A stretch of DNA of 64,000 nt from an uncultured Armatimonadia bacterium (GCA_963749155.1 CAVVLO010000002.1:896001-960000); one strand, 5' to 3'. Shown: positions 29,308 through 40,239, numbered from the stretch's first letter. Numbers and translations: made by a program. Notes: generated from the letters alone by a model not told the origin.

Positions 29308-30802
29308 CTAACCTTTGGCCTCAGCCACTTTTTCGACCTCGGCCAGGATAATTTCGGGACTTCTCCTGCTTATATAATCTACCACGGCTTCGGGTGAAAG
29401 CACGACCTCATCCAGATAATCGGGGATTGCGACCGGCCAGCCGAGTTCACGATGCAGCAAGCTTCCAAGGGTCGCAGCCGGCGCTGGCTCTCCGTGAGTA
29501 ATAAAGGCGCCCTTTACTCCCTGAATGTGACGCGCCCAGTCCAGCAAAGCCGGTTGGTCGGCATGCGCGGATAGTGCCTCCACGGTTTCGATGCTGGCCT
29601 TGACCGGTATCTCGGTTCCGTAAATCTTTACCGTCTCCGCGCCTTCCACCAGTTTGCGTCCCAGTGTACCCTGGGCCTGGTATCCAACGAAAACCACAAT
29701 ATCCTTCGCGTGTTGCAGATGATGTTTCAGGTGGTGGATGATACGCCCCCCTGTGCACATCCCGCTGCCGGCGATTATTACCGCTGCGCCTGTAATATCA
29801 TTGAGTTGCTTTGACTCTTCGACGCTCTGGATCATCCGAAGCCCTGGGAAATCTAGCGGCATATCACGCTTCAGGATAAGCTCGAGCGCCTCTTTGTCAT
29901 AGCAATCGGTATGCCTGGCAAAAACCGCCGTTGCTTTCTGGGCCAGCGGGCTGTCAAGGTAGACGGGCATCCTGGGGATGCGCCCCTGCTCGATAAGAGT
30001 ATTCAAGGTATAAAGCAGATGCTGCGAACGACCCACCGCGAAAGCCGGAATAAGTACATGCCTGCCGTGGGCATGAGCCTCTAGGCAGCAGTTGCTCGAA
30101 ATAGGTTGTGAAATCAACACCGGCCGGATGCACCCGATCGCCATAGGTGCCCTCCATTACTACATAATCGGCCTGAGAGATATACTCCGGGTCGCGTATG
30201 ATAGGCCGGTCGCGTGAACCGAGGTCGCCGGAGAAAGCCAGCTTCAGTTGCTGCCCCTCGCACTCGAGCTCCAGCTCCAGCTCCGCCGCGCCCAGGATGT
30301 GCCCTGCATCTCGAAAGGTACAAGTGACCCCTGGCGCCACAGAGAAACGCTGGTTATATGGCTTGGGGTTGAACAAAGCCAGCGCCGGCGGCACCTGGTC
30401 CTGAGTGTAAAGCGGATCAGGCGCGGGTGTAGAGCGCTTGCCCTGGCGCCACTTCTTTAATTCATACTCGGCGTCTTCTTCCTGCAGCTTGGCGCTATCG
30501 AGTAACATTGGTTCCAGTAAATCAGCAGTTGCCGCGGTCGCAAAAATCGGCCCTTTGAAGCCTTCCTTGACGAAGTTGGGCACCATACCCGAGTGGTCGA
30601 GATGGGCGTGAGTGATTATCAGGGCGTCGACAGTGGAAGGTTCTACCGGCCAGTTAACCCGATTTTGTTCGCGAAGATGCCAGGCACCCTGAAAGAGGCC
30701 ACAGTCTACCAGCACGCGCGCGCCAGGGCAGTCGATCAGATACTTGGACCCTGTAACCGCCTGGCTGGCACCGAAGAACTTCAACTTCACCTGGTTGCTC
30801 AT
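29308..30802 (-). CDS. MBL-fold beta-CASP RNA-processing nuclease (about 497 aa once a +1 frameshift near 30085 is removed)
   Basis: VTGSKY, DCGLFQG, THAHLDHSG, AGHILG, EGTYG in ORF 29954..30802; IPAFAVGRSQ, GSGMCTGGR, SAHAD, THGE in ORF 29308..30144. Confidence 0.9.
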
Positions 30803-31380
30803 TAGCCGTCCACCCTTGGTGGTAAATACGCTATACCTAGTGCTACACGTTGCAGATACCTGTTCAGCAGTTCTTCCATCAATTTGGCTGGGTCGTCATT
30901 GAAGACAACCTCTGCGCCCGTATCTTTGTTGGTGATGCTGAGGACTGTGGCGATGTGGTCAGCGACCCCGCCCGTACCGGTGAGCGCCCCAATCAACTTG
31001 CCCTCGTCATAGGCGATCGCAAACTCGCCCAGGGTACCTGTCCGGCCCCCAATCAGAGTCACGATATCGCAGGTACGCACTATTTCTATCTCTCGCCCCA
31101 TCAAGCCGCTGCCGGTATAAATCAGCACGTCATAAGGCTCATAGGGTGAGTGATACCTGGTGATGTGCTCCGAGAGCGAAAGTCCGGGCGAGATGCCCAC
31201 CACCAGTGCTCCCAGCTCTTTCGCGCCCAGCACCGCCTCGTGTGGCAGGCCAGGACAGGCTCCAGTCACCAGCACACAATCGCGCAAGGCCACTTCTCTG
31301 CCCAGTTGTCGCGCTTTATTGCGGGTAGTTTCGGACAGCTCACCGCCAGCCGAACCCATTACTCCAACTTTTACCTTCAA
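30802..31380 (-). CDS. LOG/SLOG family nucleotide-binding protein
   Basis: VGVMGSA, LVTGACPGLP, VVGISP, GGRTGTLGEF. Confidence 0.8.
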   Translation of the reverse strand: MKVKVGVMGSAGGELSETTRNKARQLGREVALRDCVLVTGACPGLPHEAVLGAKELGALVVGISPGLSLSEHITRYHSPYEPYDVLIYTGSGLMGREIEIVRTCDIVTLIGGRTGTLGEFAIAYDEGKLIGALTGTGGVADHIATVLSITNKDTGAEVVFNDDPAKLMEELLNRYLQRVALGIAYLPPRVDG

Positions 31381-31409
31381 AAGAATCTTCTCCGAGACCA
31401 GCGATAAGA

Positions 31410-32165
31410 CTAACGACCCTGCCCGCCCAAAAAAGCTTTGAGTTTTTTCAGTGCGCTGCGCTGCAGGCGCGAAACATGCATCTGGCTACAATTGAGTCGT
31501 CTGGCCACATCCGCCTGGGAGAGGCCCTGGTAATAGCGGAAGATGACGACCTGGCGTTCTTTGTCTCCCAGCCTGAGTAGTGCCCGAGCAAAGAAATCTC
31601 GGTCGGCCATCACTTCAAGGGCTGGATCGTTTTCGCCAATCAGCTCCGTCAGGCTGATAGTCTCGTCATCCGAGCGTTCCAGTTCGAGTGAGCCAACCTT
31701 GTAGTAGTTGCCAAGTTCCATTGCTTCGAGCAATTCTTCCAGGCTTACCTCAAGGGCTTTGGCCAGTTCTTCAGGGCGGGGAGAACGCCCAGAGGCCTGC
31801 TCCAGCTCCTCGGCTACACGACGCATCCTGTAGCTGAGCTCCTGCAGCCTGCGCGGTACGCGGATGACCCAGGCCTTGTCGCGCAGATGGCGACGCAACT
31901 CGCCCAGGATGGTAGTCGTTGCGAAGGTCGAAAACTTCGCGCCAACAGAAGCATCAAAGCGCTCTATAGCGCCCAGCAGTCCGAGCATCCCAACCTGTTC
32001 AAGGTCTTCATATGGTTGACCGCTATTTACAAACCTGTGCGCGAGTGCCCTTACCAGGTTGGTATGGCGACGCACAAGCTCTTCTTTCACCTCGAGCTGA
32101 TAGCTCTGGCGAGTTTCCTCAAGCAATTCATTTGTTGTAAGCTGACTCAGCAGCCGGCGCTTCAC
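31410..32165 (-). CDS. SigB/SigF/SigG family RNA polymerase sigma factor
   Basis: EDLEQVGMLGLLGAIERFD, FSTFATTTILGELRRHLRD, RVPRRLQE, SQMHVSRL. Confidence 0.93.
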   Translation of the reverse strand: MKRRLLSQLTTNELLEETRQSYQLEVKEELVRRHTNLVRALAHRFVNSGQPYEDLEQVGMLGLLGAIERFDASVGAKFSTFATTTILGELRRHLRDKAWVIRVPRRLQELSYRMRRVAEELEQASGRSPRPEELAKALEVSLEELLEAMELGNYYKVGSLELERSDDETISLTELIGENDPALEVMADRDFFARALLRLGDKERQVVIFRYYQGLSQADVARRLNCSQMHVSRLQRSALKKLKAFLGGQGR

Positions 32166-32178
32166 GCTGGCCCCTTCC

Positions 32179-32559
32179 TCATTCCACTTGACCTGAACGA
32201 ATCAAGGTCAGGCGGAGTTCGACCCGGCCAGGCGCCGAGTCAACGTTAAGCTCGTCTACCACCGCTTCCATCAACATAAGCGGCAGCCCTTCTTCGCTGT
32301 CGGCCGAAGGCACCGGCTGGGTGCAGCCCTCGCCAACTACCTTGACTGCCAGGCCTTCTTCCAGTGGATTGAATTCCAGGGCAAGCGAAGTCGCCTGCAG
32401 GCTGATGAGCAGGTTACAAGCCTCCGCGACTGCCAGTTTGAGATCCTCGAGATCTGCCATCGAGGGCAGACTGCGACTGCCTATACCCGAAGCCGTCAGC
32501 CGCGCTACAACGACATATTCGGCCGAAGCAGGCAGCACCAGAGTCACAGGCTGGCTCAT
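32179..32559 (-). CDS. rsbW: RsbW-like anti-sigma factor with degenerate ATP-binding boxes
   Basis: PASAEYVVVARL..DLKLAVAEAC; lies between the STAS and sigma genes. Confidence 0.8.
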   Translation of the reverse strand: MSQPVTLVLPASAEYVVVARLTASGIGSRSLPSMADLEDLKLAVAEACNLLISLQATSLALEFNPLEEGLAVKVVGEGCTQPVPSADSEEGLPLMLMEAVVDELNVDSAPGRVELRLTLIRSGQVE

Positions 32560-32918
32560 CAGGTCTCGCCCCCTTCAAGTCGGCCAAGCGCTTCCTGGCG
32601 CGTGGACACCATATCGAATATCTTCTCCAGCCCGGTCAGTTCGAACAGGCGCAGTAGTCTTGGATTATCGACCACCAGAACCATCTCGCCTTCCCTTTCG
32701 CGGAGACGCTTCAGGGCGCCGACCAGTACCCCCAGCCCGCTGGAATCGAGATAGCTCAACTTGCCCAGGTCGAAGAGCAAATGGGTGTACCCATCGCGCA
32801 CCAGACCGATAACGGTCTCTCTCACCGTCTCACTGGTGTAGGCATCCAGTTCGCCTTCCAGTGCGATGACGGCCAGATGCTTGACCGGGTTCACCTCGGA
32901 GCTGATGTTGAAGTCCAT
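32559..32918 (-). CDS. rsbV: STAS anti-anti-sigma factor (RsbV/SpoIIAA family)
   Basis: LEGELDAYT, YLDSSGLGVLV (phospho-acceptor Ser), FELTGL. Confidence 0.92.
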   Translation of the reverse strand: MDFNISSEVNPVKHLAVIALEGELDAYTSETVRETVIGLVRDGYTHLLFDLGKLSYLDSSGLGVLVGALKRLREREGEMVLVVDNPRLLRLFELTGLEKIFDMVSTRQEALGRLEGGET

Positions 32919-32947
32919 CTTGCTCCCTCCAGCTTAAGAAGCAGTGC

Positions 32948-33286
32948 TTATTTGTTTTCTCTTGACGAATGGAACAGACCGCGCACCAGCCCTGTAAGCA
33001 GCGAACCTGATTCTTTGCCCTTCTGCTCTTCAGGCTGGTCTTCACGACTTAGTCCTAAAAGGTGCCCAAGGTGACTGAGTCGCTCGATGACTTTATCCAC
33101 CTTGATGGTTATATGCCGGACACGGACGAGAGTAGGATCGAGTTCGGCCTTCATCTCGTCCACTTTTTGTTTTACATCCTCAACTGCCACGACGATACGC
33201 TTGATGTAGAGAATCAGCAGCACCAGGCAGACGCCAGCCACGATGGCAACAACCGCTACAAGCAACTGCAGCCAAAGCGCCATCAC
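32948..33286 (-). CDS. DUF948/YoxC-like membrane-anchored coiled-coil protein
   Basis: Single N-terminal TM segment followed by a heptad-like helix; overlaps the rarA stop. Confidence 0.6.
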   Translation of the reverse strand: MMALWLQLLVAVVAIVAGVCLVLLILYIKRIVVAVEDVKQKVDEMKAELDPTLVRVRHITIKVDKVIERLSHLGHLLGLSREDQPEEQKGKESGSLLTGLVRGLFHSSRENK

Positions 33287-34652
33287 TGCTCCTCCTTCTC
33301 CCCAGAGTCAGCCGGCCTGTACCGGTCGCCCCAGCGCTGCACCAGTCTCTCGGCCATTTTACGTTCCTGGCCCAGCAATTTCGGTATATAGAAACTTGCC
33401 TCGCCGACATCCTCCGGCAGATATTGCTGCTTCACAAAAGCCCCAGGAAAATCGTGGGGATAGAGATACCCCTTCCCAGCGCCTAGTTTGGCTGCGCCCG
33501 GATAGCTGCTGTCTCTCAGGCTGCGAGGCGCCTGACCGGTTTTACCAGCTCGCACGGCTGCCAGCGCGTTATCGATGCCTGCGCAGGCGGAGTTGCTCTT
33601 CTCCGCGTTGCAAATATACACAGCCGCCTCTGCGAGCAGTATGCGCGCCTCGGGCCACCCAACGAAGTCTACCGCCTGAGCGGCCGCATTGGCCACTAAT
33701 AAGGCCACCGGGTCGGCAAGTCCCACATCCTCGGCTGCGCTGATGACCAGCCGCGCGCGATAAAGCGGACTTCTTCGCCAGCCTCCATCATCCGTGCCAT
33801 ATAATACAGTGCAGCATCCGGATCAGAGCCGCGCAGGCTCTTGATAAAAGCTGAAGCCAGATTGTAGTGCTCATCACCCGATTTGTCATAAGGCAAACGC
33901 TGCTTTGAGAGGGCCTTTTGGGCATCCTCAAGCTCCAGAAGCGCCGCCTCGCGAAAAATTGCAAACTGGCTTGCCATCTCCAGGGCGTTCAGGGCGAAAC
34001 GCGCATCTCCCGCAGCTTGCTGGGCGATCAGTCTCAAGGCCTCTGGGTCGCCCTTGAAAGGTTTTTCGTCGGGAGTCAGCAGATGACGTTCAACCGCTCG
34101 CTCGAGCAACTCATACAGGTCTTCTTCAGTGAGCGGCTCGAACTGGAAGACCGGCGCCCGAGAGAGGAGAGGCGAGTTAAGCTCGAAAAAGGGGTTCTCG
34201 GTCGTCGCCCCAATCAGCAGCAAATCGCCTGATTCCACAAAGGGGAGGAAGCTGTCCTGCTGAGCCTTGTTGAATCGATGGATTTCATCTACGAATAGTA
34301 CGGTGCGCCTGCCGGTAGCCCGCCTGCGCTCTCGAGCCTGTTCTCCAATCCGGCGTAAATCCTTGACGCTGGCAGTTACAGCGCTCAGAGTCTCAAAATG
34401 GTGCCGGGTTATACGGGCAATGAGGCTCGCGAGAGTAGTTTTCCCCGAGCCGGCGGGACCATACATAATGAAGGAGAAGAGCTCGTCGCGTTCGATGGAG
34501 GCTCTCAGTGGACTGCCTTCAGCCAACAGGTGCCTTTGCCCTACCAACTCATCCAGTCGTTCAGGCCTCGCTCTGGCAGCAAGAGGCGCATCCGCGGCCA
34601 CCTGAGTGAAGTCGCGGGGATTCTGGTTCTCGTCGGCCTCGAAAAGGGTCAT
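33283..34652 (-). CDS. rarA: Replication-associated recombination protein A (about 456 aa once a -1 frameshift near 33753 is repaired)
   Basis: PLAARARP, GPAGSGKTT, DEIHRFNKAQQD, GATTENP, SAFIKSLRGSD; adding one C restores IARRLVISAAEDVG; C-terminal YLYPHD. Confidence 0.93.
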
Positions 34653-34686
34653 CGCATCCTCTGAGAGAGCGATTCAGCAGCAATAA

Positions 34687-34843
34687 GGTGCCCCGCAGTG
34701 CCGTGTCTCAGCGGCGTGGTGAAGCTCGGCTCCACGTGGGTGTCCTCTACTGGCCTGAAGAGACTCCAGGTCAGTGATCTGGACCCCCTTTAGTTAGGTG
34801 TTGCCTCACCCAACTCGCAAGATCACGAACACCGCAGGGCATC
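34687..34843 (-). ncRNA. ssrS: 6S RNA (SsrS)
   Basis: 5' GATGCCCTGCGGTGTTCGTG pairs with 3' CACGGCACTGCGGGGCACC as the closing stem; has an ACCCAC element; lies directly upstream of rarA as in many Terrabacteria; has its own sigma70-type promoter. Confidence 0.85.
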
Positions 34844-34849
34844 AAGGAA

Positions 34850-34878
34850 AGGGTAGCACGGAAGTCCGTCCTCGGCAA
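34850..34878 (-). promoter_or_regulatory. Sigma70-type promoter of the 6S RNA
   Basis: TTGCCG-17 nt-TACCCT with a TG extension, ending 6 nt before the predicted 5' end. Confidence 0.6.
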
Positions 34879-34924
34879 TTATGAAAGCAACCGATGCTAG
34901 CCGGCTTGAAACACCAGGCGCCCC

Positions 34925-35953
34925 TCAAGTTGCTCTGGTTTTACGCTCGCGCAGCAGGTTCATCGCCACGGCGCCGACCACGACGAGGCCCACAATCACG
35001 CCTTCCCAAAGTGAAGCGTTGGTCTGGACGACCAGGTTGATGCCATTTATCAGCAAGCCAAGCAACGCAGCGCCTAGCACTGTGCCAAGTACGCTGCCCT
35101 CACCACCCATCAGACTGCAACCGCCAATGACCGCAGCTGCTATGGCGTTGAGCTCATAGGCTACTCCGCTACTCGGGCTGCCCTGGCGGATATAAGCCGC
35201 ATAAAGCAGGCCAGCCAGCGCGGCCAAAAAACTCGCCGCCGCGTAGACGAACAGTTTGGTGCGCGCGACATTTACACCCGAGAGCCTGGCCGCCTCCTCG
35301 TTACCGCCTACACCGTAGATATACCTGCCCCAGACCGTGCTGTGCATCAGGAAGACAGCAAGCAGCGCCACTACCGCCAGGAAAATCGCCGGCACCGGGA
35401 TAAAGCCAAAGACCATCCCGTTGCCCAGGTAGTTGAAGGTGGCATAGCTCTTGTCAGTGATGTCGATTGGCATAGCCTCGGTCATCAGCAGCGAAGCGCC
35501 TCTCAGGATTTCAAGGGTGCCGAGTGTGATGACAAAAGGTGGCATCCTGAGTTTGGTAATGAAGGCTCCGTGGATAAGTCCTACTACCACTCCAAGGGCC
35601 AGCACGACCAGCATCGCAGGCAAGATAGGCCATCCAAGCTCGATCATGAGAATCGAGACGACCACTCCGCTGAAGGCGATGAGCGAGCCGACGGACAGGT
35701 CAATGCCCCCGCATATGATGACCAGTGCTTCGCCAATGGCGAATACCCCAAGCAGAGCTATCTGTCTTGCCAGGTTGCTTAGGTTGCCGACATCCAGGAA
35801 GGAGTTGCGCGCCTGGGAGCCCATTGACAGTATTATGCCCGTCACAACCAGAGTGCTTATAAATACGCCCATCTCGCGGCTGCGCAAGGCTCTGGCGAAG
35901 AGGAGCGAGCGAGCGCGCTGTGCCTCTGGCCGCGGTGATTCGTCCGGTTGCAT
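34925..35953 (-). CDS. Monosaccharide ABC transporter permease (RbsC-like)
   Basis: GGIDLSVGS, PPFVITLG, GGNEEAARLSGV, YELNAIAAAVIGG. Confidence 0.93.
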   Translation of the reverse strand: MQPDESPRPEAQRARSLLFARALRSREMGVFISTLVVTGIILSMGSQARNSFLDVGNLSNLARQIALLGVFAIGEALVIICGGIDLSVGSLIAFSGVVVSILMIELGWPILPAMLVVLALGVVVGLIHGAFITKLRMPPFVITLGTLEILRGASLLMTEAMPIDITDKSYATFNYLGNGMVFGFIPVPAIFLAVVALLAVFLMHSTVWGRYIYGVGGNEEAARLSGVNVARTKLFVYAAASFLAALAGLLYAAYIRQGSPSSGVAYELNAIAAAVIGGCSLMGGEGSVLGTVLGAALLGLLINGINLVVQTNASLWEGVIVGLVVVGAVAMNLLRERKTRAT

Positions 35954-37474
35954 CAGCCTTCGCCTCCCTGAGCTGCCAGTGCCATAATACCTTCCTGGGT
36001 AGCCCCGGCTTTTGGCAACTGCCCCACCAGGCGCCCTGAGCGCATAACTACTACCGTATCCGACATCCCAAGCACTTCCTCGAGTTCGGAGGAGACCATC
36101 ACCAGAGCGACCCCTTGCCCCGCCAGCTCGTTCATCAATTCGTAGATCTCCACTTTCGCGCCTACATCAATGCCGCGCGTCGGCTCATCCAAAAGCAGCA
36201 CCCTGGGCTCCAGTGCCAGCCATTTCGCCAGCACCACTTTTTGCTGGTTGCCGCCGCTGCAGGAAAGGACAGGCGCTTCATCCGAACTCATCCTGATGCG
36301 CAGCCTGCTTGAATAAGTAGCCGAAACCTCGGCTTCAGCGTATTTGTTTCTTATGCCGCCGCGCGCAAGGCGCCTGGCCGATGGCAGGGTAAGGTTCTCT
36401 CTTATCGCTGCCTGCAGGATTAGTCCTTGCCTGGCCCTGTCCTCGGGCAGGAAACCCATTCCCGCGCGGATGGCCTCGAGCCGGGTCGTTGATAGTGACA
36501 GGCTTGCCCTCTATATAGAGTTGGCCTGACTGCCTGGGCGTCGCACCGAATAAACCCAGCAGAAGTTCACTGCGCCCGGCGCCGACCAGGCCCGATATAC
36601 CAACTATCTCCCCCGCCCTGACCGCAAAACTGACGGGCTCTACAATTCCCGGGCAACGGAAGCCTTCGACCCGGAAGACCTCCGGCCCGAACTCGACCTG
36701 TCGCTCGGGAAAATACTGCTTGAGAGTGCGCCCGACCATCAGCCGCACCAGCGACTCCACATCCAGCTCGGGGGCCGGCTGATCCGCGACTATGTGGCCA
36801 TCGCGCATAACTATAATCCGGTCGCTGACTTGCTTTATCTCCTCCAGCTTGTGCGAAACATATACGATGGCAAGGCCCGCCGCTCTGAGCGCGCCTATGA
36901 GGCTGAGCAGTTGCTCCGTCTCGGCGACTGAAAGCGAACTGGTCGGCTCGTCCATAATCAGCAGTTGGGCATCCAGGCAAAGCGCCTTGGCTATCTCGAC
37001 GCGTTGCCTGGTGGCGATAGGCAGATTGCCAACTAGCTCGCCAGGATCCACATCCAGACCAACCTGGGCAAGCTTCTCGAGCGCCTGGTCGCGCAGCTTG
37101 CGCCGGTCCATTATTTTGAGGAAAGTGCGCCTTGGCTCGCGCCCGAAGTAGAGATTCTCTTCAACACTGAGGTTGGGCAGCAGGTTGAGTTCCTGATGGA
37201 TCATCGCGATGCCAAGGTCCTGCGCCTGGCGAGCGCTATGCAACTCGACACGACTGCCTTGCCAGAGCAACTCGCCAGTATCAGGTCTATGCACCCCTGC
37301 AATCAACTTGCCTAGCGTAGACTTGCCAGCGCCGTTCTCGCCGATGAGCCCAACGACCTCGCCGGGACGGATTACGAAATCCGCCCCGGCCACGGCCTGC
37401 ACCGCAAAAAACCGCTTGCTAACGCCCCTTAGCTCGAGCAGGGGCGGTTGCGCCTGTTGGTCAAGGGCTGTCAT
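35953..37474 (-). CDS. Monosaccharide ABC transporter ATPase (RbsA-like, about 506 aa; +1 frameshift near 36481)
   Basis: GENGAGKST, MDEPTSSL, GLVGAGRSE; removing one G restores PLEAIRAGMGFLPEDR; SGGNQQKV, DEPTRGIDVGAK. Confidence 0.92.
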
Positions 37475-37476
37475 CG

Positions 37477-38532
37477 CTACGACGACTCGACCCCAATACC
37501 TGAGAGATACTTCTTGAACTCTTCGACGGTCTTCGGGGTAACCACGGTGACGCCTGTGTCGATTACTCCGCCAGGGGGAAGCAGCATCTGCGTCTCTTCC
37601 ACGCCCGCCTCGACCATATCGCGCATAAGCTGGACGGCCAGATAGCCAAAGAAGAAAGGCTTCTGGACAACAGTAGCTTCTATCTCGCCCTTGGCCAGAT
37701 GTTCCAGGGTGGCTGGCTCCGCGTCGAAGGAGACGATTTTCACCTTGTCAGCTTTACTTGCGGCCTGGACAGCCTGGGCGATGGCGGGGGCGTTATAGCT
37801 CCACAGGCCAACGAGCAGCGTCACGTCAGGCTTGCTGGCGAGGACTTCCTCGACGTTTTTGCGCGCGCGGTTCTTGTCGGTCTGGTCCTCGCGCACATCC
37901 ACGACCTCAATTACACCCTTGGTCGCATCTTTGAAGCCGTTCAGGCGTTCCTTGGCGTTGCTCGCCGTCATCGTGCCGACGAAAGCGACGGCCTTGGTTG
38001 GCTTCTTGCCGACGACTTTGAGCGCTTCCAGACCGAGTTCCTGGCCAGCTTTGAAATTGTTGGTGCCGATGTAAGCGGCCCGCTTGGAGCCTGCGACATC
38101 CGAATCAAAGAGGATTACAACGATCCCCTTCGCCACCAGGTCATCAATAACCGGCTTGATTGCTTCCTCAGTGATCGGCGAGATGCAGATGGCGTCCACT
38201 TTCTGGGCGGCGAAGTTCTCAATGAGGCGCCGCTGGGTCGCCACTTGACCATCCTGCGGGCCTTCCCACTTGGCGTCTACCCCAAGCTTCTCGGCGGCGG
38301 CTTCCATCCCCTTGGTCATCGGATTCCAGAAAGCTGACACGGCATTGGTCACGATACCAACCCGGATTTGGCCTGTGCTGGTCGTCGCAAGCCCAGGACC
38401 AGTGGGCGCGCCAGCAGGGGTCTCAGGCGGACCAGTCGTTTTGGATGCGCAAGAGGACAGCACGCAGGCAAGCCCGGCAAACAGGCTTAACACCAGGCAA
38501 AGTGAGAGCAGGCGAAGCGAAAGACGTTTCAT
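37477..38532 (-). CDS. Sugar ABC transporter substrate-binding lipoprotein
   Basis: Start MKRLSL at 38532 (GGAGG RBS), lipobox LSS-C, FDSD, YIGTNNFKAG, ERLNGF. Confidence 0.92.
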   Translation of the reverse strand: MKRLSLRLLSLCLVLSLFAGLACVLSSCASKTTGPPETPAGAPTGPGLATTSTGQIRVGIVTNAVSAFWNPMTKGMEAAAEKLGVDAKWEGPQDGQVATQRRLIENFAAQKVDAICISPITEEAIKPVIDDLVAKGIVVILFDSDVAGSKRAAYIGTNNFKAGQELGLEALKVVGKKPTKAVAFVGTMTASNAKERLNGFKDATKGVIEVVDVREDQTDKNRARKNVEEVLASKPDVTLLVGLWSYNAPAIAQAVQAASKADKVKIVSFDAEPATLEHLAKGEIEATVVQKPFFFGYLAVQLMRDMVEAGVEETQMLLPPGGVIDTGVTVVTPKTVEEFKKYLSGIGVESS

Positions 38533-38605
38533 ATAGATCCCTCCGAAGGCAGACTTGCGGGAAGCTAGCCTCAAGGATTTCTGCGCGCTCTGGCGACCTC
38601 CTGCC

Positions 38606-38638
38606 AAAACAAACGCGGAGCCTCGAAAGGCTCCGCGT
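38606..38638 (-). terminator. Rho-independent terminator after degP
   Basis: Minus strand ACGCGGAGCCT-TTCG-AGGCTCCGCGT followed by TTGTTTT. Confidence 0.8.
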
Positions 38639-38664
38639 CGGCTGTTACTCAAACTGGACTGGAT

Positions 38665-40167
38665 TTATCCGCCCGGTCGCACTCCTACAAGTAGCGAGGC
38701 GATGGCGCCTCCGGACTGGCGCTTCACATAGAAGGGGATGAGCGCGCGGTCTTTGCTTGCTTCAATAGCGGCTTCGAAGCCTGCAACGCCCTCGATAACC
38801 TTCCTGCCTACCTGCACGACGACATCTCCTGGCAGTAGCTCGGACCGACCTCCTGGCTTCTCGGGATCAAGCGCGGTGATGATAACCCCAACGCCTGGCT
38901 GCAAACCAACCGCGGTTGCGACTTCCTCAGGCACCGCCTGGACCGTGATACCGAGTATGCTGGCTGCCGCAGCCGCCTGCTCTGCTGGCTTAGCCTGAGC
39001 GGTCTCCTCACCATATTGGCCCAAGGTAACTTTTAGCTCGGTCGGTTCTCCATCGCGCAGCAGCGAAAGAGTCACTTCTGCCCCTGGCGCCGCCTCGCCG
39101 ATGAGAGTGGTGAGGTCCATAGAGTTCTTCACAGGCTTGCCGTCAACCGCGGTTATCAGGTCGAAGGGCTTGAGCTGGGCTTTTTCGGCGGGACTGCCAG
39201 GCACCAGGTCGGTTACCTGAGCCGCCCCTTCGAGGCCAAACTCCCTGGCGATGGCCGGGTCAAGTGTGACCGTGCTCACTCCAAGCCAGCCGCGAGTAAC
39301 CGTCCCGGTGGCCATAAGTTGCTCGGCGATACGCCTGGCGCTGTTGATGGGGATTGCAAAACCAATCCCGACATTGCCCCCCGAAGGGGACATAATGGCG
39401 GTGTTGATCCCGATTACTTTGCCTTCGATGTCCACCAGGGGCCCGCCACTGTTGCCAGGATTGATGGAGGCGTCGGTCTGGATAAGCCCAAAGAGCGCCT
39501 TGCTTGGATCATTGATACCGATATCATGCTCGTTGCGGCCTACCGCGCTGACAATGCCGAGAGTTACAGTGGCCTGCAGGCCGAAAGGACTGCCGACCGC
39601 AACAACCCATTCGCCGACCCGGATTGCCTCCGAATCGCCAAACTCTATAGTGGGAAGAGGCTTGCCTGTATCTATCTTGATAACCGCAGTGTCGGTGCGC
39701 GGGTCAGTGCCAACCACGGTTGCAGGGAACTCCGCCGCCTCGCCAAGCCCTGCCTCGGGCATCAACCGCACTATCAGGCGTGTCGCATCCTCTACCACAT
39801 GGTTATTGGTAAGGATATAACCGGCCGAGTCGATAATCATCCCAGATCCGCTGCTGCGCTCGACGCGCTTCTGAGGTTGCCTCTGCCCCTGCTGGGGCCG
39901 CTGAGGCTGCCCGAAAGGCCAAAAATCCGGACCGAAGAAATCCTTGAAGAAGGGATCATCGAAAAACGGATTGGCCGATGAGCTGTCCACCTGGGTGACG
40001 CTCTCATTGCTTACGAAAACAACCGCTGGCGTGACTTTTGAAGCGACGCTAATCACGGCTTCCTGGACCGAAACCGCGGTGCCGAGATCAGCGAAACTCG
40101 CCATCGAGGCAGCCAGCCCAAGCACCACCATTAGCGGAAGTAGCAATTTGGCTATTCGCCGTGTCAT
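38665..40167 (-). CDS. degP: Do/DegP/HtrA family serine protease with two PDZ domains
   Basis: LTNNHVV, TDTAVIK, QTDASINPGNSGGPL, GWLGV; start MTRRIA at 40167 after AGGAGG. Confidence 0.92.
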   Translation of the reverse strand: MTRRIAKLLLPLMVVLGLAASMASFADLGTAVSVQEAVISVASKVTPAVVFVSNESVTQVDSSSANPFFDDPFFKDFFGPDFWPFGQPQRPQQGQRQPQKRVERSSGSGMIIDSAGYILTNNHVVEDATRLIVRLMPEAGLGEAAEFPATVVGTDPRTDTAVIKIDTGKPLPTIEFGDSEAIRVGEWVVAVGSPFGLQATVTLGIVSAVGRNEHDIGINDPSKALFGLIQTDASINPGNSGGPLVDIEGKVIGINTAIMSPSGGNVGIGFAIPINSARRIAEQLMATGTVTRGWLGVSTVTLDPAIAREFGLEGAAQVTDLVPGSPAEKAQLKPFDLITAVDGKPVKNSMDLTTLIGEAAPGAEVTLSLLRDGEPTELKVTLGQYGEETAQAKPAEQAAAAASILGITVQAVPEEVATAVGLQPGVGVIITALDPEKPGGRSELLPGDVVVQVGRKVIEGVAGFEAAIEASKDRALIPFYVKRQSGGAIASLLVGVRPGG

Positions 40168-40239
40168 TGGATTACAACCTCCTGCGTTGGTCTTGCATAT
40201 GTCAGGTAACGCCAACCTGGACGCCGGCGTTCCAGTGAG

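Noticed and set aside
38533..38652. Long N-terminal extensions in the ORF track (SBP; likewise pilB, degP, the 1,719-aa ORF, 51725 and 54681 starts)
   Set aside because: Downstream starts have proper RBS and signal peptides; the SBP extension runs through a terminator.
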